Virus record (IMG/VR): IMGVR_UViG_3300031994_000057 | Location: 1 to 64,000 of that record | DNA length: 64,000 nt | From: a virus | Taxonomy: Duplodnaviria > Caudoviricetes | Strand: one strand, 5' to 3' | Shown: positions 41,291 to 50,538 of the stretch, piece after piece | How positions within the stretch are numbered: position 1 is the first letter of the stretch | How the letters are laid out: each line of letters opens with the position of its first letter | Made by a program: the position numbers and the translations under genes | The notes under the pieces: generated by a model | Told to the model about the DNA's origin: nothing | The model's database searches: none | What the model saw: only the letters and a program-made list of their open reading frames with translations

Positions 41291-41884
41291 AAGTATGAAG
41301 CAGGTCTTATAAGAACTAATGAATCTTTGTATATTCAGAATAAGGTAAATTCTATAGAGACTATGAAGATTATTGAATCTCAATATGGTCCTTTTGATGA
41401 GAAGGAAATAGAATTCTATAGAGAGAACTTAAAGAATGACTCTGGTTCATTTGTAAATAACTTCCAGAAGCAGTTGATATTTAATATGTTTTATAAGTAC
41501 TTTGGTGATGTAGAATCTGTATATTCTATTGAACCTGCAACAGATTATATTAAATTGATGCTAGCTGCGAAGAAAATACTATTGGATAATTATATGATAA
41601 TTATGCCATATGTAATAAGCGGTAAAGCTATAAGAATTGTTCCTAGAAAGACAATTAATAAGAAAGAAGAAAAGGATTTAAAGTCTAGTCAGTATTATCC
41701 AATGCTTATAGATAAGTATCGTAACGAAAAGGTATTACAGCAGATATTATCTACATTTGCTACGGTTATAAGTAGTTCCTTCCAGGTTATTGATTATCAT
41801 AATCCTGAATTACATGGTAAGACTATTGATTGTATTGCTCCGATAGTTTTGGAAGAACTACAACTTATGTGTCTCTTGTACTAA
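41291..41884 (+). CDS. putative sigma-like nvRNAP subunit, exon 2
   Basis: In frame with exon 1 after intron removal; no RBS at the track ATG 41288. Confidence 0.6.
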   Translation, partial: KYEAGLIRTNESLYIQNKVNSIETMKIIESQYGPFDEKEIEFYRENLKNDSGSFVNNFQKQLIFNMFYKYFGDVESVYSIEPATDYIKLMLAAKKILLDNYMIIMPYVISGKAIRIVPRKTINKKEEKDLKSSQYYPMLIDKYRNEKVLQQILSTFATVISSSFQVIDYHNPELHGKTIDCIAPIVLEELQLMCLLY

Positions 41885-41976
41885 TTGTTTGGTAGTAATT
41901 TTAATTATATTTATATATGAGGTAGGGTATAATTACCCTACCTCTTTATGTTTTGTTTATTATAAGGAGGTGTATT

Positions 41977-42387
41977 GTGAAAGAAATCATCAGTCCGTTC
42001 TCATTTTTAACTGACGAAGAGTCAGCTATAGAAATCAAAAAGATTGAAAAAGAGAAGGAGGAAATCAGAAGACGTCACGGTAATGAAAGAAAAGGGGATT
42101 TGGTTATTCCTAGTACTGCTCCTAGAAGCAGAAAACCTATTAAACAGAGTAATCCATTCCTGAATATGTGTAAGAAGACATTTGAATTCATAAGGGATAA
42201 TCTAGATGTGAATGTCAATGTAGAAGGTGGTTTAAGTTCTATTGATCCTGTTGGTGTTATTCAAGATCCATTGGATAAACTTAAACCAAGAATTAAGACA
42301 CAGATAAGTGCAGGACCAATTAATATAGAAGTTGATTCTGATACTGTAATGAAAAATTTGAAACGAGGAGGAGTAATAACTCACTGA
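41977..42387 (+). CDS. hypothetical protein
   Basis: AAGGAGGT RBS before GTG 41977. Confidence 0.7.
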   Translation: MKEIISPFSFLTDEESAIEIKKIEKEKEEIRRRHGNERKGDLVIPSTAPRSRKPIKQSNPFLNMCKKTFEFIRDNLDVNVNVEGGLSSIDPVGVIQDPLDKLKPRIKTQISAGPINIEVDSDTVMKNLKRGGVITH

Positions 42388-42484
42388 CTAACGAGGGGTA
42401 TGTAGAAATACATGCCCCTTAAATTTTTGATATTTATTAAGGCATTCACTTATCTATAAGAATACTCTAGGAGGGTTGTGATAA

Positions 42485-42973
42485 ATGTTTAAGAAACGAG
42501 AAAAAATAGATAAGCAAGAGGTATTTGACTCACTATTATTTTCATTTGAAAAATCGGCTGGTAATGCAGCTAGAATCACATTTAGATTAGCAGGTACAGA
42601 GAATATGAAGAGCCATCTTAAATTCTCTATAATGGTTAATGATATTATGAAGTATAAAGATAATCCTATAATATTATTTGAACCTGAATCTCATAAACCT
42701 GCTATTCCATTCTTTAAACAACAATTAGATTCAGATGGTAAAGTGGTAAGCTTTATACTTATATTAAAGGAATTCTTAGAGAATGCTAATTCATTAGTTA
42801 TAGAGAGTTTGAAAGATAAAGACCATGTGTTATATCGTATCACTTCAGAGTATGATGACTTTATTACCGAATTATCATTCTATGAATCTGATATGTATCC
42901 ATCTGTTTCTAAATATATTATCAATACAACAGCAGATGCTATTTATAAAAAAGCTATGAAGGGGAATAAATAA
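42485..42973 (+). CDS. hypothetical protein
   Basis: 162 aa, GGAGGG RBS. Confidence 0.75.
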   Translation: MFKKREKIDKQEVFDSLLFSFEKSAGNAARITFRLAGTENMKSHLKFSIMVNDIMKYKDNPIILFEPESHKPAIPFFKQQLDSDGKVVSFILILKEFLENANSLVIESLKDKDHVLYRITSEYDDFITELSFYESDMYPSVSKYIINTTADAIYKKAMKGNK

Positions 42974-42976
42974 TCA

Positions 42977-43114
42977 ATGAAACATTATTTAATTACAGTA
43001 GAAGAAATTAACTCACCTGAAACTAAGAAGACTTATGTAATAAATCAATATGAGAAAGATAAAGTTGACTCAATAATAAAAGAGAGTCTAGAAAATAAAG
43101 ATATAGAAGATTAG
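42977..43114 (+). CDS. 45-aa hypothetical protein
   Basis: Hand-translated MKHYLITVEEINSPETKK...; fills the operon gap. Confidence 0.55.
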   Translation: MKHYLITVEEINSPETKKTYVINQYEKDKVDSIIKESLENKDIED

Positions 43115-43126
43115 AGGAAATATATT

Positions 43127-44578
43127 ATGGATAATAATAAGATTGATATAATTGATATCACATGTAAACAACATGAATCCAAACCGATAATAACTATAGA
43201 TGTAATTTGCTCTAATGCATGTTGGTATCGTATAACAATGCGTAAAAATTCTATTCTTATGAATAGAGTAGAATTAAGTTTAGATAAATCTGATATAAGT
43301 TGGTATATTGATAAAGATCATTATGAGATATATAACCGTCAGTCACTAATTTTACCTATTCCTATCGTTATCGATGAGTGTTATCATTTTAATGATTTAA
43401 TAGCAACATATTCTTTACGTAGTAGAGCGTTATTTTGTATCGATGATATATTCGAAAAATATATTCCTGAAAAATCAAACATTGCACAAATACGAGAGCT
43501 AGTATTTGATGTAATTAATCAAAATTATGATGTGTATATGTTTATGAAGAATATATATGATAATAAGTTATTAAAAGAAGATGATAACATTTCTATCAAA
43601 ACGGTAGCAATTGAAACTAACGAAGATAAATCTAGTATAGAAATATATAAATTAAAAGGTGATACATTCTATAAAATATGGATACGTAGGGATAGTAATA
43701 ATGCTAAATATTTAATAAGCTTTTATGAATTAAAAGATAATATATTATTTTATCCAAATATTTCAGAATGCGAAGTAGAGCATTATATAATGTTTCCTGG
43801 TCCTTTTTATATTGATGGTGAAAAACCTTTTAATCTTGATTCGGCTGGTGTACATTATATATTCGATACAAAAAAGTTAATAATATCTAATGCAAAATTA
43901 TATACTACAACTTATGGCCATGATGATTATGATATTATATATTCACTAGAGAATGATGAAGAATTCCATGATTTTGCAAAGTATAATGCAGATAAAGATT
44001 TCGAGGATTCAGTAATGGATGATATTAAGAATAATGATTTTAGTAAATGGCAACAGGTACCTATAGTAGAATTTCCTGGATTTGACAGGAATTGTGATAT
44101 TGATGAACCAATTAGATTAGGTGATATAGAATATACTATTGATTTCGCTGTATCTAATAGAAATGCTAGGAATTATTCACAAGAATTCATTTACAGAACA
44201 TTTGGTTATCCTCTCGCTGCTGATAAAACTCTTATTGATATTAAATTTAATAAGAATGCTACAATTTTAATATGGAGTAATGGTTCTAAGACTGTTGTTA
44301 AGTGTGCTAAGTCTGATAATTATAATCCTTTAGCTGGTGTTGCTATTGCTCTTTTCAAAGAGAATATTGGTGGTGATTTTAGAGATTTTCTCAATTTTAT
44401 AGATGAGAAATATGAAGAGTCTAAAGAATTTGAGAAACGTAAAGAAGCTAGAGCAGCCAAGAAGAAAGAGAAGAAGAAAAAAGCAGAGAAGGCTGTTAAA
44501 CAGAAAGCTGTAGAAGATAAACTTTTACAACAGGCTGAAAATCAATATAAAAGACGTACTAGAAAATCTAGTAAATAA
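43127..44578 (+). CDS. hypothetical protein with conserved phage C-terminal domain
   Basis: IKFNKNATILIWSNGSKTVVKC..YNPLAGVAIALFK domain, also present in the two paralogs at 46.5-48.7 kb. Confidence 0.75.
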   Translation: MDNNKIDIIDITCKQHESKPIITIDVICSNACWYRITMRKNSILMNRVELSLDKSDISWYIDKDHYEIYNRQSLILPIPIVIDECYHFNDLIATYSLRSRALFCIDDIFEKYIPEKSNIAQIRELVFDVINQNYDVYMFMKNIYDNKLLKEDDNISIKTVAIETNEDKSSIEIYKLKGDTFYKIWIRRDSNNAKYLISFYELKDNILFYPNISECEVEHYIMFPGPFYIDGEKPFNLDSAGVHYIFDTKKLIISNAKLYTTTYGHDDYDIIYSLENDEEFHDFAKYNADKDFEDSVMDDIKNNDFSKWQQVPIVEFPGFDRNCDIDEPIRLGDIEYTIDFAVSNRNARNYSQEFIYRTFGYPLAADKTLIDIKFNKNATILIWSNGSKTVVKCAKSDNYNPLAGVAIALFKENIGGDFRDFLNFIDEKYEESKEFEKRKEARAAKKKEKKKKAEKAVKQKAVEDKLLQQAENQYKRRTRKSSK

Positions 44579-44591
44579 TATCTAAAAGGAG

Positions 44592-45644
44592 GTGAGTTTA
44601 GTGGATTGGAATTTGTATAGACAATTCCTATTAACTAATATTCCAACTGCTAGAACTGCCTCTGGTGGAACATTCGTTACTTGTAAATGTATGGAATGTG
44701 GAGATTCTCTAAAGTCTAAGAATACACACATGTATATCAGTATTCCTCAGAATGATGATGATGTATCTTGGTACTATTGTCATAAATGTAATTGCTATGG
44801 GTGGGTTACTCATAACACATTAATCAAATGGGGATTATTTGATAAAGATATTGCTCTGGGATTATCTGAGCATATAACTAAGATAAGACTATCAGGTAAG
44901 GGTGACAGACTTTTCCGTCCGTCAGTATATCGAATTAGGCATAGTTACGTGACCCCTAATGCGAAAACAGAAGAAAAACGACAATATGTGTGTAATCGTA
45001 TAGGAAGAGACCTTTCAGTGGCTGATTTGTGCAATTTGAAGATTTGTCTCAATTTGATAGACTTATTAGAAGAAAACAATATTCGATATCTAACTAGAGA
45101 TAAGAGTATTGTTGAACAGTTAGACAGAGAGTTTGTTGGATTTATATCTATAGATAACGCATTCCTTAATATGAGAAGAACTTGTGATGAGGGAATTGTA
45201 AATGAGAATATCGATAAGAGATATATCAATTATAGAATATTTGATAAAGAAGATACAGCGCAAAGATTCTATACAATTCCATCGCAAGTAGATTTAAATT
45301 CTAGGAATAGAATTAAATTACATATAGCAGAAGGACCATTTGATATTTTATCAGTATATCTAAATCTTAGAAATTGTGAACCTGGAATATATACAGCTGT
45401 ATCAGGAAATAATTATTTCAATATTATTATGCATTTCTTATCGACTATGAAGTTACCATATGTCTCTTTAGAAATGTATATAGATAATGATGCTTATGGA
45501 TCAATTGATAGAATTAAGAGTATTATGGATAAGATTCCTGATAAGACTATTCCTGTATATATTCATAAGAATACATATCCAGGTGAGAAGGATTTTGGTG
45601 TACCTTTGAATAGAATAAATGAGTCTGTATTGAAACTAAGATAA
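44592..45644 (+). CDS. DNA primase (Zn-binding plus TOPRIM)
   Basis: CMECGDS..CHKC; HIAEGPFDILS; YIDND. Confidence 0.8.
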   Translation: MSLVDWNLYRQFLLTNIPTARTASGGTFVTCKCMECGDSLKSKNTHMYISIPQNDDDVSWYYCHKCNCYGWVTHNTLIKWGLFDKDIALGLSEHITKIRLSGKGDRLFRPSVYRIRHSYVTPNAKTEEKRQYVCNRIGRDLSVADLCNLKICLNLIDLLEENNIRYLTRDKSIVEQLDREFVGFISIDNAFLNMRRTCDEGIVNENIDKRYINYRIFDKEDTAQRFYTIPSQVDLNSRNRIKLHIAEGPFDILSVYLNLRNCEPGIYTAVSGNNYFNIIMHFLSTMKLPYVSLEMYIDNDAYGSIDRIKSIMDKIPDKTIPVYIHKNTYPGEKDFGVPLNRINESVLKLR

Positions 45645-45657
45645 TGGGGGATTACTT

Positions 45658-45828
45658 ATGTTTGCTATGAAAGATGAACAATCTGGAAAAGTTAAGTTTA
45701 GAGGAACCGAAGCAGAATGTTTAGAATTCTCTAAACAGAATCCTAATTATAAATATGTCATGGAAGATTTAGATAAAGATAAGGAGAAGTTCAAGAAGTA
45801 TCAAGTAGTAGATTCTATAGAAGATTAA
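45658..45828 (+). CDS. 56-aa hypothetical protein
   Basis: Hand-translated MFAMKDEQSGKVKFRGTEAEC...; GGGGG RBS. Confidence 0.6.
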   Translation: MFAMKDEQSGKVKFRGTEAECLEFSKQNPNYKYVMEDLDKDKEKFKKYQVVDSIED

Positions 45829-45845
45829 TTCAAAGGAGTTTCTCG

Positions 45846-46043
45846 ATGGTTGATTCACAAACAATAGAAGAGTTAAAGAAGGATATTATATTTAGTTGTG
45901 AATTTATATTAGATGATGACGATGATGTTTCTGTAAGAAAATCATTTATATCTTTATTCGTAGAAAAGAGTTTGAGAAAATCTAAATTATCAGATGATAT
46001 CATGAGAGATATCATTGAAGATATATGTAATGAATTAGTCTAA
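45846..46043 (+). CDS. hypothetical protein
   Basis: AAAGGAG RBS. Confidence 0.7.
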   Translation: MVDSQTIEELKKDIIFSCEFILDDDDDVSVRKSFISLFVEKSLRKSKLSDDIMRDIIEDICNELV

Positions 46044-46057
46044 GAAAGGAGGACCAT

Positions 46058-46303
46058 ATGAATATTCCCTGGGCGATGCATATTAATCTATCTCATAATA
46101 AAGAAAATCTAGAACGATTTACAACGAATATTAAATTCGATGAAGATATGAAAAAATATTCATATGATATAGATGATATATTAGACCAGATTAAAGAGAT
46201 GCTAGAGAAATATGGTCCTATAGAATATCATAAGTCTGTTGATGTAAAAGCATTAGAAAGATTTATGATGAAACGATTAGTAGAAATGGATAAGATAAAA
46301 TAA
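46058..46303 (+). CDS. hypothetical protein
   Basis: AAAGGAGG RBS. Confidence 0.7.
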   Translation: MNIPWAMHINLSHNKENLERFTTNIKFDEDMKKYSYDIDDILDQIKEMLEKYGPIEYHKSVDVKALERFMMKRLVEMDKIK

Positions 46304-46350
46304 GTGGAGTCACATACTCCACTTATTTAATTTCAGTTGGAGGTATTAAA

Positions 46351-46542
46351 ATGGCTAAAGTATATTTAAAAGATAAGATGTATGGCTTCTTAATCGATGC
46401 TGATAAGATAGTCAAATTTGAGAAGAATGAGAAGAAAGGTGAAGTCACAGCATACTTAGCAATGGGTGATAAGTATGATACTATCATTCTTTCTGCAGAG
46501 ACTTACAATAATTATATGAAGAATTGTAAGATTATATATTAA
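46351..46542 (+). CDS. hypothetical protein
   Basis: GGAGGT RBS. Confidence 0.7.
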   Translation: MAKVYLKDKMYGFLIDADKIVKFEKNEKKGEVTAYLAMGDKYDTIILSAETYNNYMKNCKIIY

Positions 46543-46557
46543 TGGAGGTATTATATT

Positions 46558-47664
46558 ATGGAATTTCATATAAATGATAAGGTAAAATTTAAATCAATAA
46601 ATGAGAATAATGAAATTCGATCTGGTAAAATTACTGAAATCATTGATGATAGTTATTTATTTAACAGAAAATTTTATAATATCTGTTCAGAAGGTGAAGT
46701 TTATCTAAATATACCTGAAGGGTCCATTATTAGTTATTTTCCAGTTACAGATTGTATTGAAGATGAATGTGTCGATGCAGTGAAAGAGCAGGAGAGACCT
46801 TCCGATAAGTATAAAAATTATAAACGTGGTGATTGTGTTTACCTTATAAATGATCCAATGAATGTACACGATCACGTAATTATCACTGCAATTTATTCGG
46901 ACAATACTATAGGTGTAATTGATTTGCTTGGAAGAGTCTATGTATTGGATTTATCGAATACTTTTATAAAACGGAATTTTGGTAATATCATTATTCCTGG
47001 GTTTGGCGAAGTAAATGAAACAAGAATACCTGTTTTTGACGATTTTAAATATCATTATGGTGATATTGTTACATATACCAGTGGATTAGATAAATATGTT
47101 GGAAGAATTGAAAGTGGAATACATATTGAAATAGTCTATACAGATTTATATCCATCATCAATTGAATATCAAATTATAAATATAGATAGCTCAATTAATG
47201 CATTGAGGAATTATAATGAGATAGAACCTGGTGATTATAGAATGAAAGAGCAGGAGAATAAAATCACCATGGAAGATATTCGGAACTGTTTCGATGATGA
47301 CTTTGCCGCAGATGGTGATGATAAGTGTGATGCTGAAGAAGATTATCGCTGTTCATATCAAGACAAAATTGGATGTCCTGTTGAAATTTTTACAGGTCCA
47401 TTAGCACCACTTCAATCATTCAAAGATATCTCTGAAATAAGATTTGATAAACCTGAAATAACTATAGTTTATTCTAATGGCGGAGAGTCTAATGTTGAAC
47501 TTCCAAAGAATGCATATAATAAGAAAGTAGGTTTTCTCTTAGCATATCTTAAGGGAATATTAGATGATATAGAATATGCTAGAGTCGCTGGTATTATGGA
47601 ATCGATCAATAAGGAACCTCAGCAGATTATTGTGAATTTAGAGACTTATAATGAAGATGATTAG
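46558..47664 (+). CDS. SH3/KOW-like repeat protein, paralog 1
   Basis: Three (F/Y)xxGD(K/C/I)V modules; tandem paralog follows. Confidence 0.7.
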   Translation: MEFHINDKVKFKSINENNEIRSGKITEIIDDSYLFNRKFYNICSEGEVYLNIPEGSIISYFPVTDCIEDECVDAVKEQERPSDKYKNYKRGDCVYLINDPMNVHDHVIITAIYSDNTIGVIDLLGRVYVLDLSNTFIKRNFGNIIIPGFGEVNETRIPVFDDFKYHYGDIVTYTSGLDKYVGRIESGIHIEIVYTDLYPSSIEYQIINIDSSINALRNYNEIEPGDYRMKEQENKITMEDIRNCFDDDFAADGDDKCDAEEDYRCSYQDKIGCPVEIFTGPLAPLQSFKDISEIRFDKPEITIVYSNGGESNVELPKNAYNKKVGFLLAYLKGILDDIEYARVAGIMESINKEPQQIIVNLETYNEDD

Positions 47665-47677
47665 GAGGTATTATATT

Positions 47678-48751
47678 ATGGAATTACAAATAAAAGATAA
47701 AGTAAAGTTTAGAAGTGTATCCGAGAACTTAGTAAAGATTGGTTTGATTAAAAATATTACTCATAAACTTAATAATCCTAATAATAAATATGAGATTCTT
47801 GCTGATGACGGAGAATTGTATCTTAATGTATATGAAGATGATATAATTAGCTTTCTTGGTTTTGGCCCTTCATATATGACTGATGAATGTAATGATACAG
47901 TAGAAGAGTTGACGGCAAACTGTATTGACAAGGCTAAAGTTGAAGTAGGTGATTGTGTTTATCTTGAGCATAAATCAGATAAAGAAATAAAAGGTGATTT
48001 TATCATTACATATATCCTGGGTAATAAAATAGAGTTATTATCTTTAACAGGAATACATTATTTTGTTTACAAAGAAAATGTCAAAATCACTGCAAATATA
48101 GGTTCTATATTTATTCCTGGAGTAGGATACAGTCATACAGTATTACTTAATAAAGGTAAAATAGACACAGATACCTTCATGTATAGATTAGGTGATATTG
48201 TTACTATTAAAGCCACAAAACGAGTAGGTAAGATTGTTGATGCTTATTTCTCTAGAAGTAACGGATGTATAGCATATAAAATTGATTATTTTGATAACAA
48301 TGAAGATGAGTATATAGTATGGCAACCTTATACTAATATAGAACCTGGTGATTATAGAATGAAAGAGCAGGAGCAGAAGACTAAATCAGATAAAAATTTT
48401 ACATATGAATGGGATGAAGAATCAGGACTCTCAGTACATGGACGCTGTGATAAATGCCCTGCTACGGATATTCTCAATCAAGATTCATTAGCAGGTTTAC
48501 GTTCTCATGATGATATATGCTCAATAAGTTTTCATAAACCTTTGGTATCTATATATTATAATAATGGCGGAGAGTCTAATATTGAACTTCCAGAGATTGT
48601 ATATAATAAGAAAGTAGGTTTTCTCCTGGCATATATTCAAGGTTTAGTATCAACCAAAGAATATCATAAAGTTATCAGTGTTATGGAATCAATCAACAAA
48701 AACCCTCAGCAGGATATTGAATTTGATGAGACTTGTAATGAAGATGATTAA
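47678..48751 (+). CDS. SH3/KOW-like repeat protein, paralog 2
   Basis: Same architecture; identical 36-nt stretch encoding IEPGDYRMKEQE. Confidence 0.7.
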   Translation: MELQIKDKVKFRSVSENLVKIGLIKNITHKLNNPNNKYEILADDGELYLNVYEDDIISFLGFGPSYMTDECNDTVEELTANCIDKAKVEVGDCVYLEHKSDKEIKGDFIITYILGNKIELLSLTGIHYFVYKENVKITANIGSIFIPGVGYSHTVLLNKGKIDTDTFMYRLGDIVTIKATKRVGKIVDAYFSRSNGCIAYKIDYFDNNEDEYIVWQPYTNIEPGDYRMKEQEQKTKSDKNFTYEWDEESGLSVHGRCDKCPATDILNQDSLAGLRSHDDICSISFHKPLVSIYYNNGGESNIELPEIVYNKKVGFLLAYIQGLVSTKEYHKVISVMESINKNPQQDIEFDETCNEDD

Positions 48752-48763
48752 GAGGTATTCTCT

Positions 48764-49021
48764 ATGGCTAAGAATAATAAGTTGATTGATACTTGTAATA
48801 GGCTATTAGCAGATAAGATATCTCAAATATTACCATGTGCATTCTGTTCATTCTTAGTAGTACTCTATGAAGAATATGGTTGGACAACAGACCAATTAGA
48901 AGAGTTATTAAATAGAGTACAAGCTAGATATGATGAACTAGAAGAAATGGGTAATAAACAGATGAATACTTACTGTGAAGAACGTACAGGAATCACTCTA
49001 ATACCAAACAAAGACAGATAA
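48764..49021 (+). CDS. hypothetical protein
   Basis: 85 aa; ends before the hairpin 49029-49053. Confidence 0.7.
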   Translation: MAKNNKLIDTCNRLLADKISQILPCAFCSFLVVLYEEYGWTTDQLEELLNRVQARYDELEEMGNKQMNTYCEERTGITLIPNKDR

Positions 49022-49071
49022 GAAATAGCCAGAGGAGTATAATACTCCTCTGGTGTTTTATTTTTTTTTTA

Positions 49072-49105
49072 TAAAAGTTAGATATTTCAATAATATATTA
49101 TATCT
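49072..49105 (+). promoter_or_regulatory. early-type promoter of cassette E
   Basis: AAAAGTTAGATATTTCAATAATATATTATATCT. Confidence 0.7.
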
Positions 49106-49146
49106 ATGAATAAAGTTGAGAAGAAATAATTGTGGAGGCTATATGT

Positions 49147-49284
49147 ATGAGAAAGCGACTTAGCTTCATTAAAGATTATTTCGATACTAAATATTGCGAA
49201 ATCATATATAGACATGATATCCACAATGAGAAATTTATCCATAAAATAATTTATTGGATAATCTCAAAAACCATTATTAAATAG
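49147..49284 (+). CDS. cassette E small protein, 45 aa (MRKRLSFIKDYFDTKYCEIIYRHDIHNEKFIHKIIYWIISKTIIK)
   Basis: Hand-translated; GGAGG RBS; shares YRHxIHNEKxIHKIxYW with B. Confidence 0.78.
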   Translation: MRKRLSFIKDYFDTKYCEIIYRHDIHNEKFIHKIIYWIISKTIIK

Positions 49285-49395
49285 CCACCAACTATTTATA
49301 TTGGTATATCTAGATAATTAATCATCTGATTAATGAGTATCATAATAACAATATGTGAAATGGTATAACAATCTTCTCAATAACTTTATTCATAT

Positions 49396-49407
49396 TATTT
49401 CATAGTT
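49396..49407 (-). promoter_or_regulatory. antisense late-type promoter of cassette E
   Basis: Minus strand AACT ATGAAA TA, 2 nt before the inverted leader copy 49373-49393. Confidence 0.6.
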
Positions 49408-49431
49408 ATTATGATATTAATATCTTAATAG

Positions 49432-49460
49432 AGAAAGAGGAGCATAATACTCCTCTTTCT
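49432..49460 (+). terminator. hairpin terminator of cassette E
   Basis: agaaagaggag-cataata-ctcctctttct plus T-run. Confidence 0.75.
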
Positions 49461-49473
49461 TTTTTTATAAAAA

Positions 49474-49506
49474 AAAAGTAGATTATTTCCATAATATATT
49501 ATATCT
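49474..49506 (+). promoter_or_regulatory. early-type promoter of cassette F
   Basis: AAAAGTAGATTATTTCCATAATATATTATATCT. Confidence 0.65.
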
Positions 49507-49551
49507 ATGAAAGAAACTAGAATAAATATAAAGAAAGGAAAATTAATAGAT

Positions 49552-49704
49552 ATGAGAAGAATTGTATTTAATCTTAGATCTAAACTTGATGATATTTATA
49601 TCTCCAGATATTATGAAGATATGATTTCTGATTGTGATAGGTCTTTCTATTATAATATTTTAAAATACTTATGTATCTTTCTTTATAAGATCGAGCATCT
49701 ATAA
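49552..49704 (+). CDS. cassette F small protein, 50 aa (MRRIVFNLRSKLDDIYISRYYEDMISDCDRSFYYNILKYLCIFLYKIEHL)
   Basis: AAAGGA RBS before ATG 49552; the track start 49507 lies in the leader. Confidence 0.72.
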   Translation: MRRIVFNLRSKLDDIYISRYYEDMISDCDRSFYYNILKYLCIFLYKIEHL

Positions 49705-49792
49705 TTATCGCAACTAATTATAGATGAGATATCAATCAAGTTAATATTATATCCCAATTTCTATATATTGACTATATTCTAGTTTCTTTCGT

Positions 49793-49804
49793 TATCTTAA
49801 AGTT
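49793..49804 (-). promoter_or_regulatory. antisense late-type promoter of cassette F
   Basis: Minus strand AACT TTAAGA TA before the inverted leader copy 49775-49790. Confidence 0.6.
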
Positions 49805-49823
49805 AACCTAGTTTTATTTTTTT

Positions 49824-49858
49824 GTAAAAGTTGGTTATTTCAATAATATATTATAGAT
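49824..49858 (+). promoter_or_regulatory. early-type promoter of cassette G
   Basis: AAAAGTTGGTTATTTCAATAATATATTATAGAT. Confidence 0.7.
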
Positions 49859-49903
49859 ATGAAAGAAACTAGAATAAATATGGTACAAAGGAGATGATAT
49901 AAT

Positions 49904-50056
49904 ATGAAGCCTTTGCTTAATAAAGCTAGGTCTATTATAGATACTAAATATATTTATATCTTATATGAACTCACACTTCAGAATAAGAATAATAGTATTA
50001 TCTGTAATATATTATCTATAATTAGTAATGTATTATATACATTAGAGAATTTATAA
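49904..50056 (+). CDS. cassette G small protein, 50 aa (MKPLLNKARSIIDTKYIYILYELTLQNKNNSIICNILSIISNVLYTLENL)
   Basis: Hand-translated; AAAGGAG RBS. Confidence 0.75.
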   Translation: MKPLLNKARSIIDTKYIYILYELTLQNKNNSIICNILSIISNVLYTLENL

Positions 50057-50137
50057 AATAAATTCATATCTTCATAACTCCATAAGTTAATATAATTCCC
50101 AATTTCTATATATTAACTATATTCTAGTTTCTTTCAT

Positions 50138-50149
50138 TATCTCAAAGTT
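50138..50149 (-). promoter_or_regulatory. antisense late-type promoter of cassette G
   Basis: Minus strand AACT TTGAGA TA directly before the inverted leader copy 50120-50137. Confidence 0.6.
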
Positions 50150-50167
50150 AATCATGTTTTATTTTTG

Positions 50168-50201
50168 TAAAAGTAGATTATTTCAATTATATATTATAGA
50201 T
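50168..50201 (+). promoter_or_regulatory. early-type promoter of cassette H
   Basis: AAAAGTAGATTATTTCAATTATATATTATAGAT. Confidence 0.7.
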
Positions 50202-50245
50202 ATGAATAAAGCCATGAAGAAATAAATTCATGGAGGATATTTAGA

Positions 50246-50384
50246 ATGATTGATAAGATTAAGAATTCAATTATTCAATATTTAAGAGGCAAGATATATT
50301 ATTTTGTACTATTTAAATATCATCCACGAAGAGACAAAAGCCCAGAGCATTGAGCTCTGGGTATTGTCCAAAATTCTTAAATAG
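50246..50384 (+). pseudogene. cassette H small protein, frameshifted (35 aa as read; ~45 aa if repaired)
   Basis: MIDKIKNSIIQYLRGKIYYFVLFKY runs on to TGA 50351-53; the shifted frame gives IHEETKAQSIELWVLSKILK*, matching the A/B/E C-termini. Confidence 0.6.
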
Positions 50385-50502
50385 TCTCACCACTATTAAG
50401 AATAAATCTGTAATAAGTTAAATTTCCTCACAAGAATTTAACGAGTATCACAATACAATATGTAAAGTAATAATCAAATCTTCATTACAGCTTTATTCAT
50501 AT

Positions 50503-50514
50503 TACTTTATAGTT
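50503..50514 (-). promoter_or_regulatory. antisense late-type promoter of cassette H
   Basis: Minus strand AACT ATAAAG TA before the inverted leader copy 50480-50500. Confidence 0.6.
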
Positions 50515-50538
50515 ATTGTGGTATTAATATCTTAGCAA

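Noticed and set aside
41288-41884. Track ORF MKYEAG... as an independent gene
   Set aside because: The G of its ATG is the intron terminal G; it has no RBS and is in frame with the upstream exon.
49507-49551. N-terminal extension of the cassette F ORF, and tiny ATG-initiated ORFs in leaders (MNKVEKK, MNKALEKI etc.)
   Set aside because: These ATGs are in the repeated leader with no RBS and are absent from C and D; leaderless translation is not excluded but is unsupported.
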